A DNA stretch of 64,000 nucleotides from an uncultured bacterium (lineage in GTDB: Bacteria; Actinomycetota; Acidimicrobiia; Spongiisociales; ZC4RG35). A program made the translations under genes and the position numbers. Positions 51,586 through 60,635 of the stretch are shown here, one piece after another (the stretch's first letter is position 1; every line of letters begins with the position of its first letter). The stretch spans positions 101,514 through 165,513 of the forward strand of contig CAVUYZ010000002.1 in the NCBI GenBank assembly GCA_963745865.1. The letters run 5' to 3'. The notes under the pieces were generated by a model. It did not search any database. It was not told the origin of the DNA and worked only from the letters and a program-made list of their open reading frames with translations.

Positions 51586-52009
51586 GTGATCCGCTCTCTC
51601 GTTCTCGCCGTATGTCTGCTGACAGCTCCTGTCTCGTCTCCCGTCGGGATCGGCTTCGCACCTGGTGACGGATTCGACGGGCATTGGGGGGTCGATCTGT
51701 CCGTTCCTTTCGGTACGCCGGTGGCAGCGCCAGCTCGATGGCCTGGTCACCTTCGCCGGTTCAGTTGCCGGAATGCGATCGGTCACGCTGGATCATGGCG
51801 GAGGTCTCCGAACCTCGGTCTCGTACCTGTCTGAGATCTCGGTCGTCGTTGGGCAACGGGTTCGCTCGGGAGACCCCGTCGGACGAGCCGGACAGCCCCA
51901 CGGCGTCCCCGGAGTGCACCTGTCGGCGCGGCTCGCTGGAACGTACGTGGACCCCGAGCCGCTGCTCGACTGTCTCGACGGTGTGATCCGTCTGGTGCTC
52001 GATCGGTAG
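51586..52009 (+). CDS. Secreted M23-family (LytM-like) peptidase, with one frameshift at about 51730
   Basis: Signal peptide MIRSLVLAVCLLTA, then GHWGVDLSVPFGTPVAAPA and then LDHGGGLRTSVSYLSEI...HLHFE-like motifs. Confidence 0.7.
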
Positions 52010-52023
52010 GCTGCCGACCCAAC

Positions 52024-52608
52024 ATGGTGAGACGGGCGATTTTGGGAGGAACTTTCGATCCGCCGCATCTCGCCCATTTGGTGGCTGGGGAAGCGGCGTT
52101 CCGTTCGCTCGGGGTCGATGTCGTGACGTTCGTGCCGGCTGGTGCTCCCTGGCAGAAAGCTGACCGCACGGTGACGTCCGCGGCCCACCGGTGGGAGATG
52201 ACCCGTCGTGCTACCGAAGGTGTCGACTACTTCGAAGCCGATGATCGCGAGGTTCATCGCGATGGATGGACATACACGATCGACACGATCGAGTCGTTCC
52301 CGGCCGACGACGACCTGATCCTGGTGCTGGGGTCGGACGCTGCTGCCGGGTTGCGCTCGTGGGAATCGTCGAGCCAGCTCCTGGAACGAGTCGAAGTCGC
52401 CGTCGCTGAACGGCCCGGGACGAGCCGGGCTGCCGTCGAGGATGCGGTCGGAGAGGTCGTCTGGCTCGACATGCCGAGCCTTCCTGTGAGTGGGACCGGA
52501 CTGCGACGCAGAGCCAGCGAGGGGTCGTCGATTCGGTTTCTGGTCCGCGAGACCGTCTGGGAGTACATCCACGAACACAGGCTGTACCTCGACGGCTCCG
52601 ACGCCTGA
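52024..52608 (+). CDS. nadD: Nicotinate-nucleotide adenylyltransferase
   Basis: ILGGTFDPPHLAHL. Confidence 0.9.
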   Translation: MVRRAILGGTFDPPHLAHLVAGEAAFRSLGVDVVTFVPAGAPWQKADRTVTSAAHRWEMTRRATEGVDYFEADDREVHRDGWTYTIDTIESFPADDDLILVLGSDAAAGLRSWESSSQLLERVEVAVAERPGTSRAAVEDAVGEVVWLDMPSLPVSGTGLRRRASEGSSIRFLVRETVWEYIHEHRLYLDGSDA

Positions 52609-52663
52609 CAATGCTGGTCGGGCGGTAGAATGTCGAACCGACTCGAAGCCTGAGGAGGGCACC

Positions 52664-53038
52664 GTCTCACAGAACAGCGAATCTCACGACATCGCCCGTA
52701 TCGCCGCCGACGCGCTCGACGACAAGAAGGGGTCCGACATCGTGCTCCTCGACGTTGGCGACCTGCTCTCCATCACCGAGGTCTTCGTGATCGCAACGGG
52801 GAACGCTCGTCCCCATGTCAAGACACTCGCTGAAACGGTGGTCGAGAAGCTGAGGGATCACGATCGGAGGCCGCTCCGGTCGGAAGGCGAAGCAGAAGCC
52901 GAATGGATTCTGTTGGACTACGGCGACTTCGTAGTGCATGTGTTCCAGGAGACGCCGAGGGATTTCTATGGTCTCGAGCGATTGTGGGGAGACGCACCCC
53001 GGGTCGCGTGGGAGGCGACTGTCGCCTCCGAGGGCTGA
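52664..53038 (+). CDS. rsfS: Ribosomal silencing factor RsfS (Iojap)
   Basis: KKGSDIVLLDVGDLLSITEVFVIATGNARPHVKTLAE...DYGDFVVHVF; GTG start. Confidence 0.85.
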   Translation, partial: VSQNSESHDIARIAADALDDKKGSDIVLLDVGDLLSITEVFVIATGNARPHVKTLAETVVEKLRDHDRRPLRSEGEAEAEWILLDYGDFVVHVFQETPRDFYGLERLWGDAPRVAWEATVASEG

Positions 53039-53097
53039 CGACGGCGGAAGAATTGTCGGGCGGGCGATCGACTCGATACACTTTCGCATTCCCCGAT

Positions 53098-53171
53098 GGG
53101 GCTGTAGCTCAGCCTGGCAGAGCACTTGCATGGCATGCAAGGGGTCAGGGGTTCGAATCCCCTCAGCTCCA
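53098..53171 (+). tRNA. tRNA-Ala(GGC) with the G3:U70 identity pair
   Basis: GGGGCTGTAGCTCAGCCTGG, anticodon loop ATGGCAT, T-arm GGGGTTCGAATCCCC. Confidence 0.85.
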
Positions 53172-53176
53172 CAACT

Positions 53177-53212
53177 CGAAGTCCCCCGTGTTTGCGGGGG
53201 ACTTCGTCGTTT
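53177..53212 (+). terminator. Hairpin terminator after tRNA-Ala
   Basis: CGAAGTCCCCCG-tgtttg-CGGGGGACTTCG followed by TCGTTTC. Confidence 0.6.
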
Positions 53213-53375
53213 CAAGGAGTCAGGCGATGGTTACGAATCTCGGCGAGGCAATGGAGCGCCCATCTGTTCTCTAGAGACCGTAGGGCATGAATGACAGATC
53301 GAGCCAGCGGAGCTGGTCACTGCCGGTGCTCGGCTCGGGTGCATTTCGTCACCCGGGCCGAGTCTCCAGCGTGTA

Positions 53376-53780
53376 TCAGTGATCGGGGAACTCAAACCCT
53401 GCGCAGACGAAGAAGTTTCCGACGCCTTTCCCGTCGCATTGGCTCTCGCCATCGGGCCCTGCGGTGAGTGCTCCCTCGGGGAGATGACCCGTGGGGGTAC
53501 CCGGGATCAGGAACTCGCCGTCAACCTCGCCGTCCCCGTCAAGGTCCACTCCAAGGAATCCAGCGAGGTGCGGGGTCCCGTCGTCGCTCAACGAGTTCTC
53601 GTTTCGATGCTCCACCGACTTGTTGAGAATCTCGAAGGATTCGTCAGTGAAGTTGATCACCGCCTGCTGACCCGGCCCGACCGGCTTGTTTTCCACGAAG
53701 CAAAACCCGGCAAAGGCGGGTGCTGCTCCTATCACGATCGTCGCCAACAGCATGGATGTGAACATGAACCCACGTCTCAT
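53376..53780 (-). CDS. Hypothetical secreted protein
   Basis: Signal peptide MRRGFMFTSMLLATIVIGAAPAFA; acidic, Gly/Asp-rich mature part. Confidence 0.45.
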   Translation of the reverse strand: MRRGFMFTSMLLATIVIGAAPAFAGFCFVENKPVGPGQQAVINFTDESFEILNKSVEHRNENSLSDDGTPHLAGFLGVDLDGDGEVDGEFLIPGTPTGHLPEGALTAGPDGESQCDGKGVGNFFVCAGFEFPDH

Positions 53781-54182
53781 CCGTGTCTCCTTTCGTTGCA
53801 TACTGGAGGCCATCCCGGCCCCCCACGGCCCCACGATGGAGGATGCAGACAGTCGGCAACAGGGTGGAGGCTTCCGTTCTGAGGTGTGGAAAGCCACACC
53901 GTCTCGCCATCGTTGAGCGTTCCGCGGCCGTCGAGGAGGGCGCCGATCCCGTCATACGGTGTCCTGAGAACGAGTTGGGAAGGAAGGGTCGGACAGATTC
54001 AACCCGCATGAGTGCCTCTCTCGTTCAGGCAGTTGGTGCGAAGTGCGAGATGATCGAAGTGGTCGCGCAACAGGGCGGCCATTCGCGGCCGCATGGTCAC
54101 GGGAATCTCGATACGATCCGAACGCGCAGCGGGATCGGCCGGAATGGTGCGGTCCTGAACCCCCACGAGCCAGGAGCAACCC

Positions 54183-55379
54183 TTGAACGGTCACCCCCTC
54201 GAGTCCACTGTGCGACTCCTCTTCCGAAGTGCGTTGGGGATCTTCCTCATCACGATCGTCATCGGCATCCTCAACGGCATCGACGTGTGGGATCCGACCC
54301 ATGAGATGCTTCTCACCCACGTCCACGCCGGCACGCTCGGTTGGATCACGCTGTCGGTGATCGGTGTCGCACTCCTCATGTTCGGTGAGAACTCGTCGCC
54401 GACGGAGGCTGCAGCCGTCAGCCGGATGGGCACAGCCACCGCCGGTGCCGTTGGCCTGTATGTGATCGCATTCGCCACGACGACCGGACTGTTCCGTCCG
54501 ATCGCCGGCACCTTGATGCTGGCCGTGATCGTGTGGTCGTTCGTATGGGTGACGGGACGATGGAAGAGCACGCCTCGCACGGTTCCCGTGTTGGCGTTGT
54601 TCCTGTCGTTGATCTCGCTCCTGATGGGTGCCGTCCTCGGAGTGGTTCTCGGACTGTTCATCGCACAGGGAGAGGTCCCGGGACTCGACACCGAGACTGC
54701 ATCGAACCTGGGAGGCGCTCATCCGGCCGCCATGTTGACCGGGTACCTCTTGCTCGCCGGGATCGCGATCGCCGAGTGGCGACTGTCGGACCGTCCGGCG
54801 ATGGCATCGGACACGAAGGTCGGCACCGGCACGGCGTGGGCCCTGTTCGTGGCGGGAATACTGTTCAACCTCGCCTTCATCCTCGATATCGAGGCGTTCA
54901 TCCAGGTGGCGTCAATGCTCCAGGTGATCGCTGTGGTGGCATTCGTCAGCAGGATGTGGCCGTACCTGGCCCCCCGGACCTGGCGAGATACCGGCGTCGG
55001 GGTCTACGCCAAGTTGTCGGTCGTCTATCTGATCATCGGTGTGGCGCTGCTCGTCTACGTAGTCCAGCTCTTCGTGAGCGGTGAGCTGAACCCCGAGACC
55101 GGGGAAGGGCCGGTCGGCGTGCTCATCGCGTTCGATCATGCGATGTTCCTGGGAGTCATGACCAACGCCCTGTTCGCCGGGCTGGCCATCGGACTCGTCT
55201 TCGACTCAGCTCAGCGGTTCGTCGTCTGGGGAGTGAACGTGGGCCTCGCCGGCTTCTTGATCGGCCTCGTTGGTGACATCACAGTCATGAAGCGCATCTT
55301 CACACCTCTGATGGGGCTGGCGTTGATCATGGCGGTCGTCGTGTTCCTCCGACCACGGCAGGTGGCCGAATCCGTCTGA
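54183..55379 (+). CDS. Polytopic membrane protein, possibly NnrS-like (haem-copper membrane protein family)
   Basis: At least 10 predicted TM helices. Conserved His clusters THEMLLTHVHAGTLGW and FDHAMFLG. Confidence 0.45.
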   Translation: MNGHPLESTVRLLFRSALGIFLITIVIGILNGIDVWDPTHEMLLTHVHAGTLGWITLSVIGVALLMFGENSSPTEAAAVSRMGTATAGAVGLYVIAFATTTGLFRPIAGTLMLAVIVWSFVWVTGRWKSTPRTVPVLALFLSLISLLMGAVLGVVLGLFIAQGEVPGLDTETASNLGGAHPAAMLTGYLLLAGIAIAEWRLSDRPAMASDTKVGTGTAWALFVAGILFNLAFILDIEAFIQVASMLQVIAVVAFVSRMWPYLAPRTWRDTGVGVYAKLSVVYLIIGVALLVYVVQLFVSGELNPETGEGPVGVLIAFDHAMFLGVMTNALFAGLAIGLVFDSAQRFVVWGVNVGLAGFLIGLVGDITVMKRIFTPLMGLALIMAVVVFLRPRQVAESV

Positions 55380-55384
55380 CGATC

Positions 55385-55765
55385 TTGGCGCTGGTAGTGG
55401 CGCTCCTCGCGGCGTCATGTGCGTCAGCTCCCGTCGACCCCGACATGGCCGGCGGCAGCGACGTGTTCGTGACCTGCGCTGCCTGTCACGGCAAGACCGG
55501 CGGAGGCGGAGTGGGACCGGCGCTCACCTCGGTTCTCGAGACGTTTCCTGACTGCGAGACCCACATGAAGTGGATCCGGCTCGGGTCCGAGGGCTGGAAG
55601 GCGGAGGTGGGGCCCACCTACGGCGAGAGCGACTCGCCGATCACGCAGGTGATGCCGTCGTTCGACAGGTTGGACGACGAGGCCCTGAGACGGATCGCAA
55701 TGTATGAACGGGTTCGGTTCGGAGGCGGTGAGCTCGAGTCGGAGCGATCGGCGTGCGGTCTCTGA
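55385..55765 (+). CDS. Class I c-type cytochrome, probable lipoprotein. TTG start 3 nt after the upstream stop; the N-terminus is uncertain.
   Basis: CAACHGKTGG is the CxxCH haem site. LLAASC is lipobox-like. Confidence 0.7.
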   Translation: MALVVALLAASCASAPVDPDMAGGSDVFVTCAACHGKTGGGGVGPALTSVLETFPDCETHMKWIRLGSEGWKAEVGPTYGESDSPITQVMPSFDRLDDEALRRIAMYERVRFGGGELESERSACGL

Positions 55766-55773
55766 CGGGCCGA

Positions 55774-57171
55774 TTAGCTGCTGAGAGTGTCCCATCTCAT
55801 GTGGCTACTCGCAACGCTCTCGAGCTCGTAGAGGTCCCAATCGCCGGGGACGCCTTTGAGCACGAATGTTCCAACTGGCGTGAACTCCATGCCCGAGCCG
55901 ACGACGAGGTCCTTGACGGTCCGTGAGACGAACACGCCCTGGCCGTCGGTGTGTTGCATCACTCGGGCCGCGATGTGCACGCCGATTCCTCCGAGCTCAT
56001 CGCCTCGGTATTCGACCTCTCCGGTGTGTACGCCAGCCCTGATCGAGAGACCGATCGAAGGGAGAAGTTCGGCGAGAGCGGCAGCGCAAGCCACTGCTCG
56101 CGCCGGTCCTTCGAAGGTGGCCACGCACCCGTCTCCTGTCATCTTGATCTCCGTGCCACCGAACCGGTTCAGCTGTGCCCGGACGATCGTGTTGTGCTCG
56201 GCGAGGAGGTCAAGCCATCGTTCGTCTCCAATCGACGCTGCGCGCGACGTCGAGCCGACGATGTCGGTGAAGAGAACCGTTGCCAGGACTCGACCGGTCG
56301 CGGGCGATTGCTGCCCGCCGGTGAGGAACGCCTCGACGGTGTCCAGCGTCGGTCCGAAGTCACCCGCATGGAACGGAAGGGTGTCGGCTCCGTCGACGTG
56401 ACGGAGAACCGACCCCTCGATGTTGGCTGCGAGGTACTCGCCGAACTCGGGGCGATGAAACCGGGCGTCGCGTCGGGCGATGACCAACGTTGGAGCGTGG
56501 ATGAGTGGCAGCGCCGCCCGCACGTCCACTTCTCCGAACCAGTCGAACGTCTTCTTGACCATTCCCAGCGGGACGGACAACCGCTCGTATCTGGTCCACC
56601 AGGTTCGAAAACGCGGGTCGTCGGCCATGCTCGGTGCCGTGAGTTCGAGCATGTCGCCGGTTGTACCGTGTTGGCTGACGTACTGATCCGAGAGGGCCTC
56701 TGCCACCGCGAACGGTGCACCGATCGGATAGTCGTCTGCCTGCTGGAGGCGGGGATAGGCGTTGGCCAGGATCAGCGAGGAGACCCGGCCGGGGTCGACC
56801 GCGGCGAGCATCATCGCCGAGAATCCTCCCTCGGTGTCGCCGTAGAGCACGGCTTCTCGAGAGCCCGCCGCGTCCATCACCGACCGCAGGTCCTCGACCG
56901 ACTCCTCGATTGGAAGCCACCTGGTATCACCGGGGACCGGGTCAGACACCCCCGATCCGCGCATGTCGTAGAGGATCACCCGTCCCATGCGACTGAGCCG
57001 GTCGAAGAAGCGGACAGCGGACGGCTCATCCCAGATTGCGTCGAGATTGGTGAGTCCACCGGTGACGAAGAAGATGTCGCGCTCGCCGCTGCCGTATGTC
57101 TGGTACGCCAGGTATCCGAGCCGTGTTTCGACGTATCGGGTGTCCGGGCGTCGATGCGGGAAGACCTCCAT
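55774..57171 (-). CDS. Alpha/beta-hydrolase fused to a class III adenylate/guanylate cyclase (Rv1900c/LipJ-like architecture)
   Basis: N-terminal hydrolase (GDTEGG nucleophile elbow-like). C-terminal VLFTDIVGSTS...GTEIKMTGDGCVATF...GVHTGEV cyclase motifs. Confidence 0.85.
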   Translation of the reverse strand: MEVFPHRRPDTRYVETRLGYLAYQTYGSGERDIFFVTGGLTNLDAIWDEPSAVRFFDRLSRMGRVILYDMRGSGVSDPVPGDTRWLPIEESVEDLRSVMDAAGSREAVLYGDTEGGFSAMMLAAVDPGRVSSLILANAYPRLQQADDYPIGAPFAVAEALSDQYVSQHGTTGDMLELTAPSMADDPRFRTWWTRYERLSVPLGMVKKTFDWFGEVDVRAALPLIHAPTLVIARRDARFHRPEFGEYLAANIEGSVLRHVDGADTLPFHAGDFGPTLDTVEAFLTGGQQSPATGRVLATVLFTDIVGSTSRAASIGDERWLDLLAEHNTIVRAQLNRFGGTEIKMTGDGCVATFEGPARAVACAAALAELLPSIGLSIRAGVHTGEVEYRGDELGGIGVHIAARVMQHTDGQGVFVSRTVKDLVVGSGMEFTPVGTFVLKGVPGDWDLYELESVASSHMRWDTLSS

Positions 57172-57439
57172 CGGCCAAGGTTAACCGCCTTGATTGTGCG
57201 TCTCGGGAAGACAACCGCCGTGGATGGCCGGAGCGCTGCCGATCGCAGCGGTGAACCGACTTCCGACCCTTGGCGCCGATCCTATCACCGCCTGTGTGAT
57301 GATCGAGTGGTCAGAGCCTCACGGTCGGTACTTCGGCCGATGAGCGGAGCGACATGCGAGAGCAACTGAACGATGTGAAAGGTGACGGACATGCAGACAA
57401 TGCGCCAGGCCGCAGACGAGTTTCCTTGCCAATCCGACG

Positions 57440-57900
57440 GATTGCCATAACCGGTGTTTCGCGGAACCCAGCGGTCACGGTCCAACGCCGTGTATCAGCG
57501 GCTCGGGCCGCGGGTACGAGGTGTTTGCAGTGAACCCGAACGCAGACAGCGTCGAGGGCGATGTCGCGTATCCGAGTCTCGTCGGCATTCCCGGAGGGGT
57601 TGACGCGGTCGTGATCGGCACGCGGCCCGAAACTGCGGTCGACACGATGCGGGACTGCATCGAGCTCGGGTATCGGACACGTGTGGATGCATCGGGGTCC
57701 GGGAGAGGGAAGCGTCAGCGAAGAGGCGCCACGGGCTCGGTCGTGAGCCGGGCATCACGGTGATCGACGGTGGTTGTCCGTGCATGTTCGATCCGACAGC
57801 CGACCTCGGTCACAAGCTGTTGAGGTTCTTCCTTGGCATGTCGGGCAGTGTTCCGAAGCGGATCCCGACGGGAATCCGGCCGGCACCGATGCCGGGAGCT
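57440..57900 (+). CDS. CoA-binding domain protein (YccU-like), with at least two frameshifts
   Basis: GYEVFAVNPNADSVEGDVAYPSLVGIPGGVDAVVIGTRPE, then ITVIDGGCPCMF in another frame. Confidence 0.5.
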
Positions 57901-57994
57901 GACACTCAGATGATGAGGGTTTGCGCCCGCTCGAAGACGCGTGCTCAGTCGTTCGGGCGGTCTTCGGTCGCGCCGAATGAATCGACCATATCGG

Positions 57995-58147
57995 AGGGAT
58001 GAGATGGGCCGGATCGTCGTGATCGGCGGGCTGAACATGGATCTCCATCTCTTCGGCCTGATGCTTCCAGATCGCGACTCGGTGGACACGCATCTTCAGG
58101 CGATGGGCGGCGCTCCGGTCTGCCTATTCGCACAGAGGGTCATCTGA
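57995..58147 (+). pseudogene. Remnant of a PfkB/ribokinase-family sugar kinase (first ~45 aa only)
   Basis: MGRIVVIGGLNMDLHLFGLMLPDRDSVDTHLQAMGGAP matches the PfkB N-terminus. A stop follows after 49 aa. Confidence 0.5.
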
Positions 58148-58214
58148 GATCGATCGGTCAGCCGCTCGTCCCCCCGAGTCACAGAGAGGAGAACCGGCCC
58201 CTTGTCAGAGATGT

Positions 58215-58874
58215 TCAGCTGAGGCTGAACGCCGGGTACTCATCGGTCACCAGGAGGAAAGCATACGCATCGACGCGAAGGCTCCATCGCCCGACACCCT
58301 CGAGGTAGTCGAAGAGGGAGCGAGGGAATCGGCCGGTGAACACTATTGCGAACCATGCGACGACCCATACGACGATCGCGACAGCCCACAGCACCGCCAG
58401 CACGATGTAATGGGGCAGAGCGAGGAGCCATTTGACGAGCGGAAGCCATCGGTTGAGGTCGCGTTCCACGTCGGGATAGTCGATCTCGAGATGGACGGTC
58501 TGCTCGTCGACGGTCGATGGGTACTTGTCGGTCATGAGGAACAGATAGGCGAGTACTCGGGCAGAGAATCGCATCAGTTCTCGGGCAAAGTCGAACCACC
58601 ATCTCGGATATCGCTGACGGAACACGATCATCAACATGGTGGCGACGGCGAGACCGCCCGTGATTCCTGCGCCAGACTCAGATGTTCGAGAAATGACTTG
58701 TCCGCTCTCAGAGATCACCGAAGCGGTGTCGGTTCCGTTCGCAGTGAGGAATGCGAGGACGATGAGTGCCGGTATCACCCAGATCAAACGGAAGAACGTG
58801 GTGACGCGATCGAGATCGTCGGGATAATCGATGTCGAGACGGGCCGGATACTGACTGGATGGTGATGTCACCAA
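58215..58874 (-). CDS. DUF4389-like membrane protein
   Basis: FRLIWVIPALIVLAFL and PLVKWLLALPHYIVLAVLWAVAIVVWVVAWFAIVFTGRFP. Confidence 0.55.
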   Translation of the reverse strand: MVTSPSSQYPARLDIDYPDDLDRVTTFFRLIWVIPALIVLAFLTANGTDTASVISESGQVISRTSESGAGITGGLAVATMLMIVFRQRYPRWWFDFARELMRFSARVLAYLFLMTDKYPSTVDEQTVHLEIDYPDVERDLNRWLPLVKWLLALPHYIVLAVLWAVAIVVWVVAWFAIVFTGRFPRSLFDYLEGVGRWSLRVDAYAFLLVTDEYPAFSLS

Positions 58875-59156
58875 GCTGGCACTCCCATGGGCGGTCGGGT
58901 GCCCACGCTACGCCGTTCGGTCGTCCCCGGTCGGCTCGAGTCGGTTTGGTAGGTCTCGCCATTCCGGATACACGCCTATCGAAGGGATCAGCGGTCACAG
59001 CGCGTCCACTCATCAATCTGTCTGAGCACGTTGGACGCATCGATCGGGGCGTCCTCGGTTGAGATCAAGCCCACACATTCCTCGAAGGACGTGTTGCCGG
59101 GATCGGAGCCGGGACGAAGACCCGGCCGGCTTCGATCATCGCCACGTAACCTCGAC

Positions 59157-60006
59157 GTGCATCGAGGAGGAAGGGTGGCGATCGCAGCCTTCATCTGTCG
59201 GACCTGCGGCGTTCAGTACCGGAAGTCCGACGTGCCACCGACCGGATGCATCATCTGTCTCGATCCGCGTCAGTACGTCGGTTGGGATGGTCAGCGGTGG
59301 ACGACACTCGACGACTTGGCGACCGAAGGCCATCGCACGGTGGTGCGGGAGGAAGAGCCGGGCTTGGTTGGGATCGGGGTCGAGCCGGCCATCGCCATCG
59401 GTCAGCGTTCTCTGCTGGTGACGAGCCCGGACGGGAACCTCCTCTGGGATGTGCCGAGATTCGTCGACGACGCTGCGATGCAGTTCGTGTCGGATCACGG
59501 CGGTCTGCGTCGCCGTGTCGGCCTCGCATCCTCACTTCTACGGTGTCATGACCGAGTGGGCCGATGCCTTCGACGTCCCGTTGGTACTGCCGGAGTCCGA
59601 TCGCCGCTGGATCGTGCGGCCGGCCCGGAGGTTGGAGCTCTACTCGGACCGGGTCGACGTCACATCCGAGATCTCGATAGTGAGGTGCGGAGGGCACTTC
59701 CCGGGAAGTGCAGTCGTGGCGTGGAGCGGCGCTGAGGACGGCCGGGGCGTCCTCCTCACCGGTGACTCGGTCACCGTTGCCCAGGACCGCGACTGGGTGA
59801 GCTTCATGTGGAGCTACCCGAACATGATTCCGATCGACGCCACCGAACTCGTCGCGATCGAAGCGGCCCTCGCTCCACTCTCCTATGACCGGATCTATGG
59901 AGGATGGTGGGGGAGGGCGGTCGGATCGAACGGAGAGGCAGCGGTGCAGCGCTCGATCGAGCGCTACCTGACGGCAATCTCCGACACGAAGTCGCTCGAA
60001 CCGTGA
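59157..60006 (+). CDS. MBL-fold metallo-hydrolase with an N-terminal Cys4 ribbon; one frameshift at about 59500
   Basis: CRTCGVQY...CIICLD; SASHPHFYG; LLTGDSV. Confidence 0.6.
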
Positions 60007-60196
60007 GGGTCGGTGTCTCGGTTTCGTTGCATTGAGGCAAGGGACGTCGAGCCCTCGTAGCCCCGCCCACCGCATGTCACCCGAGCAGGCGGCTGTAGTG
60101 GTGGATGTCAGCGGACCGTCGCCGGAGAATCGATCAACCGTTGCTGGCGGCAACGCTCATCGCCGTCATCCTGGATCGAGTTCCATCGAGCGGCAC

Positions 60197-60523
60197 CTAG
60201 CGACCGAGGTCTCGCTTGATGGCGGATGCCTTTGCATACACGGCCGTTCGCAGCCGCGCCAGATCGACGTTGACAGCGTCGACGTCTTCCTGGTCGATTG
60301 CGTGTCCATTTCTAGGGTGAATGACGAGATCGCTGAGGCTGCCTACGCCGCCGAATGCTTCCAGCATCGAGTCCAGGCCGTGTTGCTCGCCTCGTTCGAT
60401 GCTGGTTCGGTCACGGTGAACCCAGTTGGCCCAATCGCGCTCGCCGTACGCCGAGAGGAGCGCGACCAAATCAGCCATCGCAGCGAGCAGGGCCGCGTAG
60501 GTGTCGTCGAAGTCACCGGACAT
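60197..60523 (-). CDS. Hypothetical small acidic protein
   Basis: Intact 108-aa ORF; no domain recognised. Confidence 0.35.
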   Translation of the reverse strand: MSGDFDDTYAALLAAMADLVALLSAYGERDWANWVHRDRTSIERGEQHGLDSMLEAFGGVGSLSDLVIHPRNGHAIDQEDVDAVNVDLARLRTAVYAKASAIKRDLGR

Positions 60524-60635
60524 ACGGACCAGACTGCCGGATGGTGGGCAGTTTCGCCAGTTCTCCCGCGGAGGTCCTGGGGCGGCGTGTCACCCGCACG
60601 CTCGCGCCCATCTCCAGGATGTGACTCCGTGAACC

